A DNA stretch of 62,762 bases, filler included, from Nitrospinota bacterium (GTDB taxonomy: Bacteria > JAUXIQ01): NCBI GenBank assembly GCA_030620925.1. It is 5 parts of 5 records of this genome, joined end to end, with 100 filler letters (N's around TTAATTAATTAA, not from the genome) between each part and the next. Parts side by side here need not be neighbours in the genome. Positions count along the whole stretch, not along the records: positions 1 to 23,220 come from JAUXIQ010000005.1; 4 more parts are not named here. The stretch is one strand, 5' to 3'. Below, piece after piece: positions 1 through 9,767 of the stretch (its first letter is position 1; each line of letters starts with the position of its first letter). The position numbers and the translations under genes are program-made. The notes below the pieces were generated by a model that saw nothing but the letters and a program-made list of their open reading frames with translations, was not told where the DNA came from and searched no databases.

Positions 1-47
1 ACCACCCTATTGGGTTGCTCCCCCCGTGGTGATGTGGTCAATAATTA

Positions 48-75
48 TTATCGGCAAGGATGAGTGGGTGGTTAA
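48..75 (-). promoter_or_regulatory. sigma-28 (FliA)-like promoter pointing out of the window
   Basis: Minus strand reads TTAA-N16-GCCGATAA. Confidence 0.5.
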
Positions 76-130
76 CGGCCGGTGGTAGTTTGGTTTGATC
101 TCGCCTTCTTTTCTATCCGCACTTCCTCCT

Positions 131-158
131 TAAGCTTTAACATGGTTTATGTCGATAA
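131..158 (+). promoter_or_regulatory. sigma-28-like promoter of the PilZ gene
   Basis: TAAG-N16-GTCGATAA about 100 bp upstream of the PilZ ORF. Confidence 0.45.
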
Positions 159-259
159 TTTAATAAGATAACCATATTGGGACAAACGAGTTTGGCAAAT
201 GTTCAAGAATTGAGAGAGGAAAGGGCTGGTCGTCAGACTCCTAAAATAATTGAGGGGTA

Positions 260-589
260 ATGGCCATGGAGATAGAACGAAGACTATTTCCCAGGATCAA
301 ATATCCTGATGATTGCAGGCCGGAATTGTTAATAAAGCAAAGGGAGGGTGAAGTAAAGCAATACGAAGTGGCAGATATTAGTGAAAAGGGGATAGGTTTA
401 GCAGGTGAAGAATTGAGGGGGTTACAACCAAAGTCGAGAATAGAAGCACAAATAATTTTTTCTGATGGCAGATTATTAGCAGTAGAAGGGGAATTGTTGA
501 GAGTTAGCAAAAATAATGCAGGCATTTATCTTACAAAGGGCATTCCATTTTCCAGGATTACAATGGAGCAGATACTTTTACGGGATTAG
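260..589 (+). CDS. PilZ-domain c-di-GMP receptor
   Basis: ERRLFPR (RxxxR) and DISEKG (DxSxxG) motifs; 109 aa; GAGGGG RBS. Confidence 0.85.
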   Translation: MAMEIERRLFPRIKYPDDCRPELLIKQREGEVKQYEVADISEKGIGLAGEELRGLQPKSRIEAQIIFSDGRLLAVEGELLRVSKNNAGIYLTKGIPFSRITMEQILLRD

Positions 590-865
590 CACCAATCTTG
601 ACTTATCCAAGTTTGAATATCCCTGCACCTCAGCTTCTATTTTTTCAGTGTCCAGTGCCTTGAAAGAGTTTATCCGCCGGTGACCGGATTTCCTGCTTGA
701 CACCATAATGCTGTCTCGCTAACCTGTAGTCGCTTCTTATTCAGTCCCTTTTCTTGCTAGACACCATGCTACATTCGCTCCCCCACATGAGCCAGTAAAA
801 GTTGGCACAGCTAAGTATCAATAGGCTTTTATTTCCACAATTACTGAGTAAAGGGAAGACATGCC

Positions 866-1285
866 ATGCAATTAGAGGAAAACAAGGCCATAGTTTGCCG
901 TTTACTGGATGAAGCTTACGGCATGAGGAACTTAGCTGTAGGAGATGAATGTTTATCTACAAACGTGGTTGGTCGCAGTCCAGGTGCTTATATCGAAGGA
1001 ATTGAAGCCTGGAAAAAATTTGCCACTGCATTTCTAAATGCATTCCCTAACCTACATATTAGTATCAATGATGTAATAGCTGAGGGGGACAAAGTTGCCG
1101 CGCACTGGACATGTAGTGGCACGCATGGAGGAGAATTTCAGGGCATCGCTCCCACAGGCAAGGAAGTAAAATGGACAGGGATGGGCATATATCGTTTTTC
1201 TGGCAAAAAGATAGAGGAAATTCTGAGTTTACAAGATGCGTTGGGGCTAATGCAACAGCTAGACGTTATCCCTACAAAAGAGTAG
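866..1285 (+). CDS. SnoaL-like ester cyclase (NTF2 fold)
   Basis: EENKAIV start, AFPNL..IAEGDKV, GTHxGEFQGIAPTGK motifs. Confidence 0.85.
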   Translation: MQLEENKAIVCRLLDEAYGMRNLAVGDECLSTNVVGRSPGAYIEGIEAWKKFATAFLNAFPNLHISINDVIAEGDKVAAHWTCSGTHGGEFQGIAPTGKEVKWTGMGIYRFSGKKIEEILSLQDALGLMQQLDVIPTKE

Positions 1286-1286
1286 G

Positions 1287-1652
1287 TTGGGAATAACCTT
1301 TGACTGGGAAACCGTAAAAGCCTTCTTCGACCAACACCCTGATCGTGAGGAAGAAAAACCAGGGCTGTACCTGTTTCTACTTGAAGCCGACTGGCGCGAG
1401 AGACACGGGGTTACCATGGACGAAGCTGAATACCTTGTCCAGGTCGACATCCTAGGAGAACCAGGAAATAACCCACATGTATGGGCACATGAGCTTGAGC
1501 GGTATAGGGAAAACATGAAACGCCGTAGTCCCGGACTCGAAGACGATGAACGGAAGATCATCCAGCATTACCGCCTCTTCTCAGAGGAAGAGAAAAAGGA
1601 GACGAGGAATTTCGTTGAATATATGGCCTCAAAGAAAAAGTGGGAGGGATGA
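1287..1652 (+). CDS. hypothetical protein; C-terminus resembles the tail of phage XRE repressors; probably 5'-truncated
   Basis: TTG start 1 nt after the previous stop; C-terminal LEDDERKIIQHYRLFSEEEKKETRNFVEYM. Confidence 0.5.
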   Translation: MGITFDWETVKAFFDQHPDREEEKPGLYLFLLEADWRERHGVTMDEAEYLVQVDILGEPGNNPHVWAHELERYRENMKRRSPGLEDDERKIIQHYRLFSEEEKKETRNFVEYMASKKKWEG

Positions 1653-1655
1653 ACC

Positions 1656-2048
1656 ATGGCTGAGGTTCGACATTTCTTTTCGAAGGTCTCAGGAGTCAGC
1701 CACGAAAATGATGACGGTACAAGCCGCCAAAAATTTATCAAAAAATGCCGACAATTCGATCTTCTGATCCTCGATCATGAGGAAGACAATCCGTATGATA
1801 GGAATGCCGTCAAGGTTTGCCGGGAGAGTGGTGATCAGATCGGTTATCTTCAAAGGAAATTGGCCGAGGAAGTTGTGGAACGCTCTCCAAAAGGATATCG
1901 TTATGCAGTTTTCATCGCAGACATTACAGGGGGAGGCTTAGGCAAAAAGACCCATGGTGTCAACCTTCTGGTGATTGTGTGTGAACCGGGGACCACCGAT
2001 GAAGAGGCACAAGAATATTTGGACAATGTCATAAAAGAAGGAATATGA
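1656..2048 (+). CDS. HIRAN domain protein
   Basis: SKVSGVSH, EEDNPYDRNAVKV, QIGYL motifs. Confidence 0.85.
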   Translation: MAEVRHFFSKVSGVSHENDDGTSRQKFIKKCRQFDLLILDHEEDNPYDRNAVKVCRESGDQIGYLQRKLAEEVVERSPKGYRYAVFIADITGGGLGKKTHGVNLLVIVCEPGTTDEEAQEYLDNVIKEGI

Positions 2049-2221
2049 CAATGGCTTTGATAAAATGCCCCGACTGCGGAAGAGAAGTCTCCACACTGGC
2101 CATACCTGCTCACTCTGCCAAATCACCTGTCATTCATGGTCTAGCTAGCTACATGACCGAGGCCGGGCGACTATCCCTTTCGCCTCGCAATCGGGGCATC
2201 GGTCGGCGGGGTCTATTGTGA
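2045..2221 (+). pseudogene. truncated zinc-ribbon protein
   Basis: Manual translation MTMALIKCPDCGREVSTLA..., ATG overlaps the HIRAN stop; the second CxxC of the ribbon is missing. Confidence 0.55.
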
Positions 2222-2316
2222 AAATGTTGGCGGTATGTTACTTCATAAAGGAGTCCACGGACGGTTATTTGGAGGGTATTCGGTAGGCTAAAGTATTGAT
2301 TATATTAATAATAGAA

Positions 2317-2347
2317 TGGAGGCGGCGGGAATCGAATCCGCGTTCCG
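2317..2347 (-). mobile_element. tmRNA (ssrA) 3'-end fragment, att-site remnant
   Basis: Minus strand reads CGGAACGCGGATTCGATTCCCGCCGCCTCCA, a T-arm plus 3' acceptor strand typical of tmRNA; no complete tmRNA body upstream. Confidence 0.65.
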
Positions 2348-2482
2348 TTAATTTTTAGCGAATGTTTGCAGCATAAACTCAAATTCATGGAATCTTTTTT
2401 AACAATATACACCCTTTTTCGTTGATCATCTTCTTGCCGGAAGAAAATCTTGCCCTCAAAAAGGCGCATTCGCTTTCCCTTT

Positions 2483-2504
2483 GGTGTCCACATAGGTGTC
2501 TACA
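2483..2504. repeat. tandem 10-bp direct repeat, candidate integrase arm-type sites
   Basis: GGTGTCCACA-TA-GGTGTCTACA about 115 bp from the tRNA 3' end. Confidence 0.4.
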
Positions 2505-2617
2505 AGCGGGTCAAAATCACTGAATTATAATGAAAAGCAGTGTAATGCAGTTAAGTGCTTAATCCTTAAAAAAGTCTGCCCCCAATCATACTAAAACTCT
2601 TAAGTTATTGAATTAAT

Positions 2618-2694
2618 TGGCACGCCCGGCAGGATTCGAACCTGCGACCCACGGATTCGAAGTCCGTTGCTCTATCCGGCTGAGCTACGGGCGC
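2618..2694 (-). tRNA. tRNA-Arg (anticodon TCG)
   Basis: GCGCCCGTAGCTCAGCCGGATAGAGCAACGGACTTCGAATCCGTGGGTCGCAGGTTCGAATCCTGCCGGGCGTGCCA, 77-nt cloverleaf with encoded CCA. Confidence 0.97.
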
Positions 2695-2809
2695 GCCGGG
2701 TAACGAATATCTTTTTTTAAAGACGGGCTCTCTCCCCGGTTATCTATATTATAAAGGATATAGCTCCTTTCAGAAGCATAATTTCTGTGGCCTCGGCTCA
2801 GGGCAATGT

Positions 2810-3586
2810 TCATTTTATTCCGTCGTGCAATATATCGTTGTAGTATTTGTAGCCCTTCAGGGTCCCGAAATCGCAGGGGCGGCCTTCGATGAGCAGACCG
2901 TAGTGGGCGAGGCGGCCCCGGAATGCCTGAAAGGTCTTCAGAAGGTCGACCTCTCCCGTGGCCGGGTTGATATACTCTTCAGTAAGGTATTCGAATATCT
3001 GCGGTGGGAAGATGGTCCTGCCGAACCCTCTTGTACGGAATTCGCTCTCCCCGGATATATCATCGGCCTCATCCTCGCTCAGTATAGAGTCTATCTCTAA
3101 CAACTCGCCGTGTCGGTTTTTTTTGTACTCAAATCCCCTGGCGCCCGGGAAATATCCGGTTTCTGAAGCGGGGATTTTCACCATGCTGCTGAGCACCGTC
3201 GGCTCTGAGAAGTCGTAAGCCTCCCTCAATTGCTTTGTAGCGGGGGTTTCGGAGATTAGCAATTGGTCGGGTATCAGCATCAGGAAGGGGGATTCGCCGG
3301 CAAAATCTCTTGCCGTTAGCATGGCGTCCCCCAGGCCCAGCAGTTTTTCCTGGTATACGAATTGGAGGCGGGTCTCTTCGCCTTTAAAATAGTCCGCTAT
3401 CGCTTCTTTACCTTCCCGGATAACTACGCATATCTCTTGTATGCCCGCATCCAGCAGCTCCTGCACGGCGTGGTGTATCAATGGCTTCCCCGCCGCGAGC
3501 AGCAGCTCTTTAGGGGTAGATTCGGTCAGGGGACGCAGCCGCTTCCCCAGCCCCGCGGCGGGTATTATGGCTTTTTCAATCATCAT
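2810..3586 (-). CDS. sugar-phosphate nucleotidyltransferase (GalU/RmlA-like)
   Basis: KAIIPAAGLGKRLRPLT..PKELL, QEKLLGLGDA, DFG motifs. Confidence 0.85.
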   Translation of the reverse strand: MMIEKAIIPAAGLGKRLRPLTESTPKELLLAAGKPLIHHAVQELLDAGIQEICVVIREGKEAIADYFKGEETRLQFVYQEKLLGLGDAMLTARDFAGESPFLMLIPDQLLISETPATKQLREAYDFSEPTVLSSMVKIPASETGYFPGARGFEYKKNRHGELLEIDSILSEDEADDISGESEFRTRGFGRTIFPPQIFEYLTEEYINPATGEVDLLKTFQAFRGRLAHYGLLIEGRPCDFGTLKGYKYYNDILHDGIK

Positions 3587-3637
3587 GGTTTTTTTCGGTC
3601 GTAGGAAACCAGACGTGATTTAATTAATGCTGGTTTG

Positions 3638-5005
3638 TTATTCCTCTGTGGCGGATGGTTTTTTCTTGTTTTTCCACCATTTCTGGAGCCGCTCTCTTAT
3701 GGTCTTCTCGTGGCCTCGATCGGTGGGATGGTAGTAGACGCTGCCTTTCAGGGGGTCAGGGAAGTATTCTTCGTCGATGAAAGCGTCGGGATGGTTGTGG
3801 GGGTATTTATAGTCTTTGGCGTAGCCCAGCTCTTCCATGAGCCGGGTGGGTGCGTTTCTGAGATGGAGGGGCACGGGCAGTGGGCCTTTTTCGCGAATGT
3901 CTTTCTTGACTCGGCCGTATGCGGTGTAGAGGGAATTGCTCTTGGGTGCGGTGGCCAGATAGACGGCTGCCTGGGCGAGGGCCAGGTTACACTCCGGCAT
4001 GCCGATGAAGTGGGCGGCGTGGAAAGCTGCCACGGCTACCTGGAGGGCCTGTGGGTCTGCGTTTCCCACGTCTTCGGAGGCGAAACGCACCAGCCTTCGG
4101 GCGATGTAGAGGGGGTCTTCTCCGGCCTCCAGCATGCGGGCCATCCAGTAGAGGGCGGCATCGGGGTCGCTGCCCCTGAGGCTCTTGTGGAGTGCGGATA
4201 TGATGTTGTAATGCTCTTCTCCGTCCTTGTCGTAAAGGAGACTGCGTCGCTGCACGGCCTCTGAGATTACAGGGAGGGTGATATGCCTGCCGCCGTCTTC
4301 TTGAGCGGGCGCTACGCTGACGGCTATTTCAAGGGTGTTGAGGGCTACCCGGGCGTCCCCTGCGGCGTGCTGGATAATTTCTTTGAAGGCATCAGAGTCC
4401 ACCTCTATGTTCATCTCCCCCAGGCCTCGCTCAGGGTCTTTGAGGGCCCTTTCCAGTAAGAGGGATAGGTGTCCCTCGGTCAGGGGTTCCATGGTGAACA
4501 CCCGGCAGCGGGATAAGAGGGGGGCGATGACTTCGAAGGACGGGTTTTCAGTCGTGGCGCCCATGAGGGTGATGAGGCCGCTCTCCACTTGGGGGAGGAA
4601 AGCGTCTTGCTGGGCCTTGTTGAAGCGGTGTATCTCGTCTACGAAGAGGATGGTGTTTTTGTCGTTGCGCTGCAGTTGGTCCCTGGCCTGCCGCACCGCT
4701 TCGCGCACTTCTTTTACTCCCGAGAGAACGGCGCTGAAAGAGATATAATGGGCGCTGCCCGCTCCGGCCAGCAATCGGGCCAGGGTGGTTTTCCCTGTGC
4801 CCGGGGGGCCCCAGAATAAGCAGGAGAACACCTTTCCCTCTTCGATGGCTCGCCGGAGGATTTTGCCCGGGCCGAGAAGATGTTCCTGTCCCACGAACTC
4901 TTCGAGGCTCACCGGCCGCATACGATCCGCCAGGGGCGCCGCCCCCTCCCGTTCGGGTTCACCCTCTTCGGGTCGCTGGTGGTCGGGGAAAAGGTTTAGC
5001 TCCAT
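3638..5005 (-). CDS. rarA: replication-associated recombination protein A (AAA+)
   Basis: PLADRMRP, WGPPGTGKTT, DEIHRFNKAQQD, ISALHKSLRGSD. Confidence 0.96.
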   Translation of the reverse strand: MELNLFPDHQRPEEGEPEREGAAPLADRMRPVSLEEFVGQEHLLGPGKILRRAIEEGKVFSCLFWGPPGTGKTTLARLLAGAGSAHYISFSAVLSGVKEVREAVRQARDQLQRNDKNTILFVDEIHRFNKAQQDAFLPQVESGLITLMGATTENPSFEVIAPLLSRCRVFTMEPLTEGHLSLLLERALKDPERGLGEMNIEVDSDAFKEIIQHAAGDARVALNTLEIAVSVAPAQEDGGRHITLPVISEAVQRRSLLYDKDGEEHYNIISALHKSLRGSDPDAALYWMARMLEAGEDPLYIARRLVRFASEDVGNADPQALQVAVAAFHAAHFIGMPECNLALAQAAVYLATAPKSNSLYTAYGRVKKDIREKGPLPVPLHLRNAPTRLMEELGYAKDYKYPHNHPDAFIDEEYFPDPLKGSVYYHPTDRGHEKTIRERLQKWWKNKKKPSATEE

Positions 5006-5016
5006 CGTTTCTCCCC

Positions 5017-6234
5017 TCAGTAGAGTTGCACTACCTTGCCTTTTTTCACGGTGAGGATGAAGATCTCCTTCTCTGCATCTCCGTTGGCAAGGAAAGTGGT
5101 GAAGCCCGACACGCCCGGATATTCTACCAGGTTGAGCAACGCTTCCTCCACAGAGTCTCTTTTGTGAATACCGGCCTGGATGAATTTCAGCAGGATGAAA
5201 GTAGTGTCGAAAGCCTGGGCGGATATTATGTCCGGCTCCACGCCGAAGGTATTTTTGAATCCGTTAACGAAATCGGCCACGTGAGTCCATTCTGATCCGA
5301 CGAAGAATCCATCCACGAACACCGCCCCCTCCAGATAGCTCCCGCCCCATTCCAGGAGCTTCTTGGAGTTCCACCGGCTTGTCCCCAGCAGCTTGAGGTC
5401 GCCCAGGTTGTAATAATCAAGAGCGCGGATTATGAGGCTAACGTCTGCCGGATCGCCGGGGATGAATATAGCCTGGAATTCCAGTGGTGTGGTGTCGTCA
5501 AACTCAGCATATATTCCCTCATATTTGTTCTCTTCCTCAGTTTTTTCTTCCGGTAGTTCCTCGTCGGAGTAGCCGCCCATGCTGGTGAGCAACTCTCCAA
5601 AATCGGTGTCTTCAGAATGATAGGAAAGGGAATAGAGGATTTCCCCGCCGTTTTCCTCGACCCTTTGCAGGAAGTTCTCCTGCATCTTTTTCCCCATGGG
5701 GTTTAAAGGGTAGAGGACGGAAAATGTGAATATACCCATTTTGTGCATGGCGTAATCGACCAGTTGGTTCACCTCCTGTTCACCAGTTATGCTGTTTCTG
5801 AAGAGGTAGGGCGAGAGGTTGGTTATGTCGGGGGCCACGGCCGTGGGGGAGATGGCAGGGATACGCAGGTCGGAGGCTATGGGGGCGACCTCTTCGACGC
5901 TCTCACTGAACGCGGGGCCGATGACTGCCAGTACCTGTTTATCGTTTCCGAGTTTTCTTAATGCTGAAGCGGCAAGAGCCGGATCACCCTGAGAGTCTTC
6001 GATGGACAGCCTGATGTCCACCTCCAGCTCCTCCAATTGAACGCTCATAGCCAGCTGGACCCCTTTGAGGATTCGTTCCCCTATCCATTTCTTGTTGCCG
6101 GAGAAGGGCGCTATCAGCCCTATTTTCACTACTTCAGGTTTCTTTCTAAACCACTCTGCGTGCACACCCTGTTGAAGCGAGAGGGGTGAGAACAAGAAGA
6201 GAATTAAAAGAATTTGGGCGACAGTTTTTTTCAT
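5017..6234 (-). CDS. periplasmic binding protein type 1 (LpoA/LppC-like or branched-chain amino acid SBP)
   Basis: Signal peptide, KIGLIAPFSG, VIGP, AQAFD, YPGVSGFTTF. Confidence 0.75.
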   Translation of the reverse strand: MKKTVAQILLILFLFSPLSLQQGVHAEWFRKKPEVVKIGLIAPFSGNKKWIGERILKGVQLAMSVQLEELEVDIRLSIEDSQGDPALAASALRKLGNDKQVLAVIGPAFSESVEEVAPIASDLRIPAISPTAVAPDITNLSPYLFRNSITGEQEVNQLVDYAMHKMGIFTFSVLYPLNPMGKKMQENFLQRVEENGGEILYSLSYHSEDTDFGELLTSMGGYSDEELPEEKTEEENKYEGIYAEFDDTTPLEFQAIFIPGDPADVSLIIRALDYYNLGDLKLLGTSRWNSKKLLEWGGSYLEGAVFVDGFFVGSEWTHVADFVNGFKNTFGVEPDIISAQAFDTTFILLKFIQAGIHKRDSVEEALLNLVEYPGVSGFTTFLANGDAEKEIFILTVKKGKVVQLY

Positions 6235-6468
6235 GTTTCTCCCATCAGAGTCTGTTACGCTCAGGTATATCTGGCCTGAGCGGTTACGGATTCCGATTCA
6301 CCCGCAGTCAGGGTTAAGTTTTTTTGTAAAGTGAATATCCTTAACATTCCATGTCCTTGATGGTTAATTTACAATTTTATGGGGTCGGTGTGCAAATGGC
6401 AAAATTTAATTGTGCGGAATCGATAAAAAATCCGGGGTGGAAGAGCTCCCGGAAGCTGCTTCTGGAGT

Positions 6469-6873
6469 CTATTTTGGGAGTGCGGTTAGTTCATTTTCCG
6501 ACAAAGGGTCTCGCACTCTGTAAGCACCCTTGATGAACTCGGCCGGCCTTATCCGTTTTTCGTCGGGTTCGTGAAGGAGACGATCGAAGGTCATAACCAC
6601 GCCTCGCGGAAGACCATGTTTTTTTACGGCCTGGAGGCTGTATTCTGCGCAAGTGGGGTAGAGAGCACATCGTGAACCGTCTGTGGGAGATATATATTCC
6701 TGAAAAAACTTTAGAAAACCGATGGCCAGTGGCTTGGTTGGAGATGTTTCAAGATCGTTCAAGTGGGCTTTTTCGTACTTTCCATCCATTTCGGATATCG
6801 AGTAGATGCTGGCCATCAATAGCAGGATTATAAAGGGAAGGAAACCGAGGTTTGTAATCTCTTTTGAGTGCAC
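6469..6873 (-). CDS. yidD: membrane protein insertion efficiency factor
   Basis: YISP..CALYPTCAEYSLQAVKKHG..G..DRL; N-terminal hydrophobic extension. Confidence 0.8.
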   Translation of the reverse strand: MHSKEITNLGFLPFIILLLMASIYSISEMDGKYEKAHLNDLETSPTKPLAIGFLKFFQEYISPTDGSRCALYPTCAEYSLQAVKKHGLPRGVVMTFDRLLHEPDEKRIRPAEFIKGAYRVRDPLSENELTALPK

Positions 6874-6982
6874 TTTAACTCTTTTCGGAAATAGACCGAC
6901 TGCTTGAGGGGCTTATTCTCTCTACGCGGTTTCCGACTGCTAGGTTCTTTTAATTATTGTGGAAGGCCCGGGATACCGGGGG

Positions 6983-7219
6983 TCAGTCTAACACCTCCAG
7001 AACCTGCCTCTTTTCCTTCTGAGCGCGAGTCGCGCTGAGGATGGTGCGCATAGCGTTTATGGTGCGGCCGTTCTTACCGATAACCCTGCCTATGTCATCT
7101 TTGTCTACTTTTAGCTCGATGACTACAGAGTTTTCTCCTTCCACACCGGTCACACTCACCAGCTCGGGTTTATCTACGATGGATTTGGCTATATTCTCGA
7201 TGAGATCCTTGACGTCCAC
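6983..7219 (-). CDS. khpA: KH-domain RNA-binding protein
   Basis: KDLIENIAKSIVDKP..DIGRVIGKNGRTINAMR; GGAGGAG RBS before GTG 7219. Confidence 0.9.
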   Translation of the reverse strand: MDVKDLIENIAKSIVDKPELVSVTGVEGENSVVIELKVDKDDIGRVIGKNGRTINAMRTILSATRAQKEKRQVLEVLD

Positions 7220-7557
7220 TGCCCTGCTCCTCCATTCATCAGTTTTCGATGGTTCATTCGAGGCCAAAGTGATGTTTTGTGTCCATACCCGTTTAGGTTG
7301 AAAGTTTTTTCTCAAGGGGTTATCATAAACGTCATTCTATAGCCGGTAAAAAGTGTGAACCTATTTAAGTTATTCTAGCATATGCATTTAGTCAATAGTT
7401 GTCAATGTATTATCGTTTTTCTTTTGTTTTCGAGTCTATTTTTATGAGACAATCCCCGGGGCAGGTGGAGACCAGGGAACTTTATTCTTTAATGGCCGGT
7501 TTATTCTTGCTGAAGGAGGATGGCGGGAATATATAATATCAGGGGAAGCGATATAAC

Positions 7558-8496
7558 TTGAAACGTCAAGTAGCGGCTCCCATCGTTAACTCTAATGAAA
7601 GACGGTACGACGTGAATGAAAGGCAAGTAAGGGGATACATTTTCCATGGCGGGCGGGAGAAAAGAAGGCTGCCGCTATTAAACCTCGCTCTCTATATCAT
7701 CACCATCTTCACCACCATGCTGGCGGGAGCATTCCTGGAGGGGGTGAACCCTCTTGTTAATCCTTCAGCCCTGGTTAAGGGGCTTCCTTTTTCATTGACG
7801 CTGATGCTCATCCTCTCCGCCCACGAGTTCGGGCACTATCTGGTTTCCAGGAAGGAGGGGGTCGAATCGACCTTGCCTTTTTTTATCCCCGCTCCTCCTC
7901 CAATAGGTTCTTTCGGCGCCATAATCAGGATGCGTTCGGTCATCCCCAGTAAAAAGGTTCTCATGGCCATCGGCGCAGGCGGGCCGCTGGCCGGATTCAT
8001 GGTGGCACTGCCTGCGGTTATTGTGGGGCTCAGTTTATCATCTTACGGTGTCTCCGAGACTCAAGAGGGAGGCATCTCACTGGGGTCTTCCCTTCTATTT
8101 TCACTACTCACCAGGTTGGTTATGGGGGTTTCGGCAGGCGATCATGATATCTATCTACACTCCGTTGCTTTCGCCGGATGGTGGGGATTCTTTATCACCG
8201 CTCTTAACCTCCTTCCCATGGGGCAGACCGATGGCGGCCATGTCGTCTATTCCATAATGGGAAGGCACCACAAGAGAGTTTCGCTGGCGGTTTTCCTTTG
8301 CATGGTACCTATGGGCATATTTTTATGGCCGGGCTGGTTGATGTGGGCGGTGATAATGTTTTTTGTGGGGCTCCGCCACCCCCCTGTGATGGACGAAACC
8401 ACTGAGCTGGACTTCAGACACAGGTTGGTCGGCGTGCTTGTTTTGGTGGTTTTTGCGCTTACTTTTCTGCCCGTCCCGATACAAATTATATTTTAG
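7558..8496 (+). CDS. site-2 intramembrane metalloprotease (M50)
   Basis: HEFGH, NLLPMGQTDGGH, multiple TM segments. Confidence 0.92.
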   Translation: MKRQVAAPIVNSNERRYDVNERQVRGYIFHGGREKRRLPLLNLALYIITIFTTMLAGAFLEGVNPLVNPSALVKGLPFSLTLMLILSAHEFGHYLVSRKEGVESTLPFFIPAPPPIGSFGAIIRMRSVIPSKKVLMAIGAGGPLAGFMVALPAVIVGLSLSSYGVSETQEGGISLGSSLLFSLLTRLVMGVSAGDHDIYLHSVAFAGWWGFFITALNLLPMGQTDGGHVVYSIMGRHHKRVSLAVFLCMVPMGIFLWPGWLMWAVIMFFVGLRHPPVMDETTELDFRHRLVGVLVLVVFALTFLPVPIQIIF

Positions 8497-8580
8497 ATAT
8501 CTGCTTCTTCTGCTTCATATCCTATTATAAATAAAGCATATTTTCTTTTTATTGCAGGCGAAAGTGTGACGAATTATGAA

Positions 8581-8610
8581 TTGACAGTAACCATATATAT
8601 ATGTTAAAGT
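8581..8610 (+). promoter_or_regulatory. sigma-70-like promoter of the pilM operon
   Basis: TTGACA-N18-TAAAGT in an AT-rich intergenic region. Confidence 0.4.
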
Positions 8611-8711
8611 TAAATTAAAATGTCTCTCTTCATTTATAGTAATTTGGCTCTGGTGAATCTATTGAGAGCCATGATTTTCTCCCATGGAGTTCAAAAGGGT
8701 TTTTTGCCGAT

Positions 8712-9767
8712 ATGGCTTCCGGTAAAAAGGATTTTATAGGGCTGGATATAGGCTCACACTCTCTAAAGCTGGTCAAGTTCGCGCCCTCACCAAAAGGAAA
8801 AGAGCTGAAACTGACGGGGTTTGCGGTTGAGCGGATTCCCCGGGGTTTGGTATCGGGGGGGAAAATCGTAGACCAAGAAGGTCTCAAGGCTGCTATCAGT
8901 GGCCTTATGCAGAAACATAATGTTAAAGGGGTATACGCTGCAGCGGCTTTGCCGGGAGTTGTAGCAGAGGCATCGTTGACGAGGATACCTAACATGAGCG
9001 AGGCCGAGCTCATGGAGTCAGTGGGCTGGGAGTATCAACAGCACCTTTCTTATGGATCATTTGAAGCCGTTTTCGATTATCAATTGCTGAACGGAGAAGA
9101 GGGAGAGAATGAAGGACGGAGGAACCTCCTCCTCGTCGGGGCGCGGCGTGAAGCAGTCGATGGATACCTGGGTGTTATGGAGGGAGTGGGCCTCACTCTA
9201 TCAGAGCTTGATGTAGGCTACCTGGCTCTGGCCAATACTTTCGATTATAATCACGGTCTTAAGGGAACCAACGGGTTTTTGATACACGTGGGGGCCGAGG
9301 TGACCGAGATCATGGTGCTGGACGACGGCCTGCCGATGTTTGTGAGAGGCATAGAGGCGGGAGGGGAGGGGATTACCCGTACCATCGAAAAAGGGCTGGG
9401 AGTGGACTTTGAGAAAGCGGAATCGTTTAAGTTAGGCAGGTATCTTTCCGAGGATATAATAGAAGAGGTGGATAAGCTTATTAATAGAGGGACGGAAGAG
9501 CTTATTTCAATGATACACAAAGCGCTGGATGATTACATTTCATTGGGAGGTTCGGATATAAGGAAGAAGGTCCTTTTGAGCGGTGGCTGCGCCAGATTAC
9601 CCGCCCTCTACCGGCAGCTCAAGGAGAGGTTATCGCTGGACCTCGATTTTATCGATCCGTTTAAGAAAGTCGATTACAAGAAGTTCAACCCTCGGTATGT
9701 AAACTATTACACTACCCACGCAGCGGTGGCCGTGGGGTTGGCCCTGAAGGGGGTGTTACAACCATGA
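8712..9767 (+). CDS. pilM: type IV pilus assembly protein PilM
   Basis: IGLDIGSHSLK, LSGG, AVAVGLAL actin-like motifs; operon order. Confidence 0.9.
   Translation: MASGKKDFIGLDIGSHSLKLVKFAPSPKGKELKLTGFAVERIPRGLVSGGKIVDQEGLKAAISGLMQKHNVKGVYAAAALPGVVAEASLTRIPNMSEAELMESVGWEYQQHLSYGSFEAVFDYQLLNGEEGENEGRRNLLLVGARREAVDGYLGVMEGVGLTLSELDVGYLALANTFDYNHGLKGTNGFLIHVGAEVTEIMVLDDGLPMFVRGIEAGGEGITRTIEKGLGVDFEKAESFKLGRYLSEDIIEEVDKLINRGTEELISMIHKALDDYISLGGSDIRKKVLLSGGCARLPALYRQLKERLSLDLDFIDPFKKVDYKKFNPRYVNYYTTHAAVAVGLALKGVLQP

Noticed and set aside
803-820. sigma-54 promoter (TTGGCAC) before the SnoaL gene
   Set aside because: The -12 TTGC element is missing at the required spacing.
2317-2583. Complete tmRNA starting at GGGGGCA (2583, minus strand)
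   Set aside because: Only 267 nt, acceptor stem mismatch, no GGATTCGAC-like 5' motif and no properly placed tag frame; only the 3' fragment is supported.
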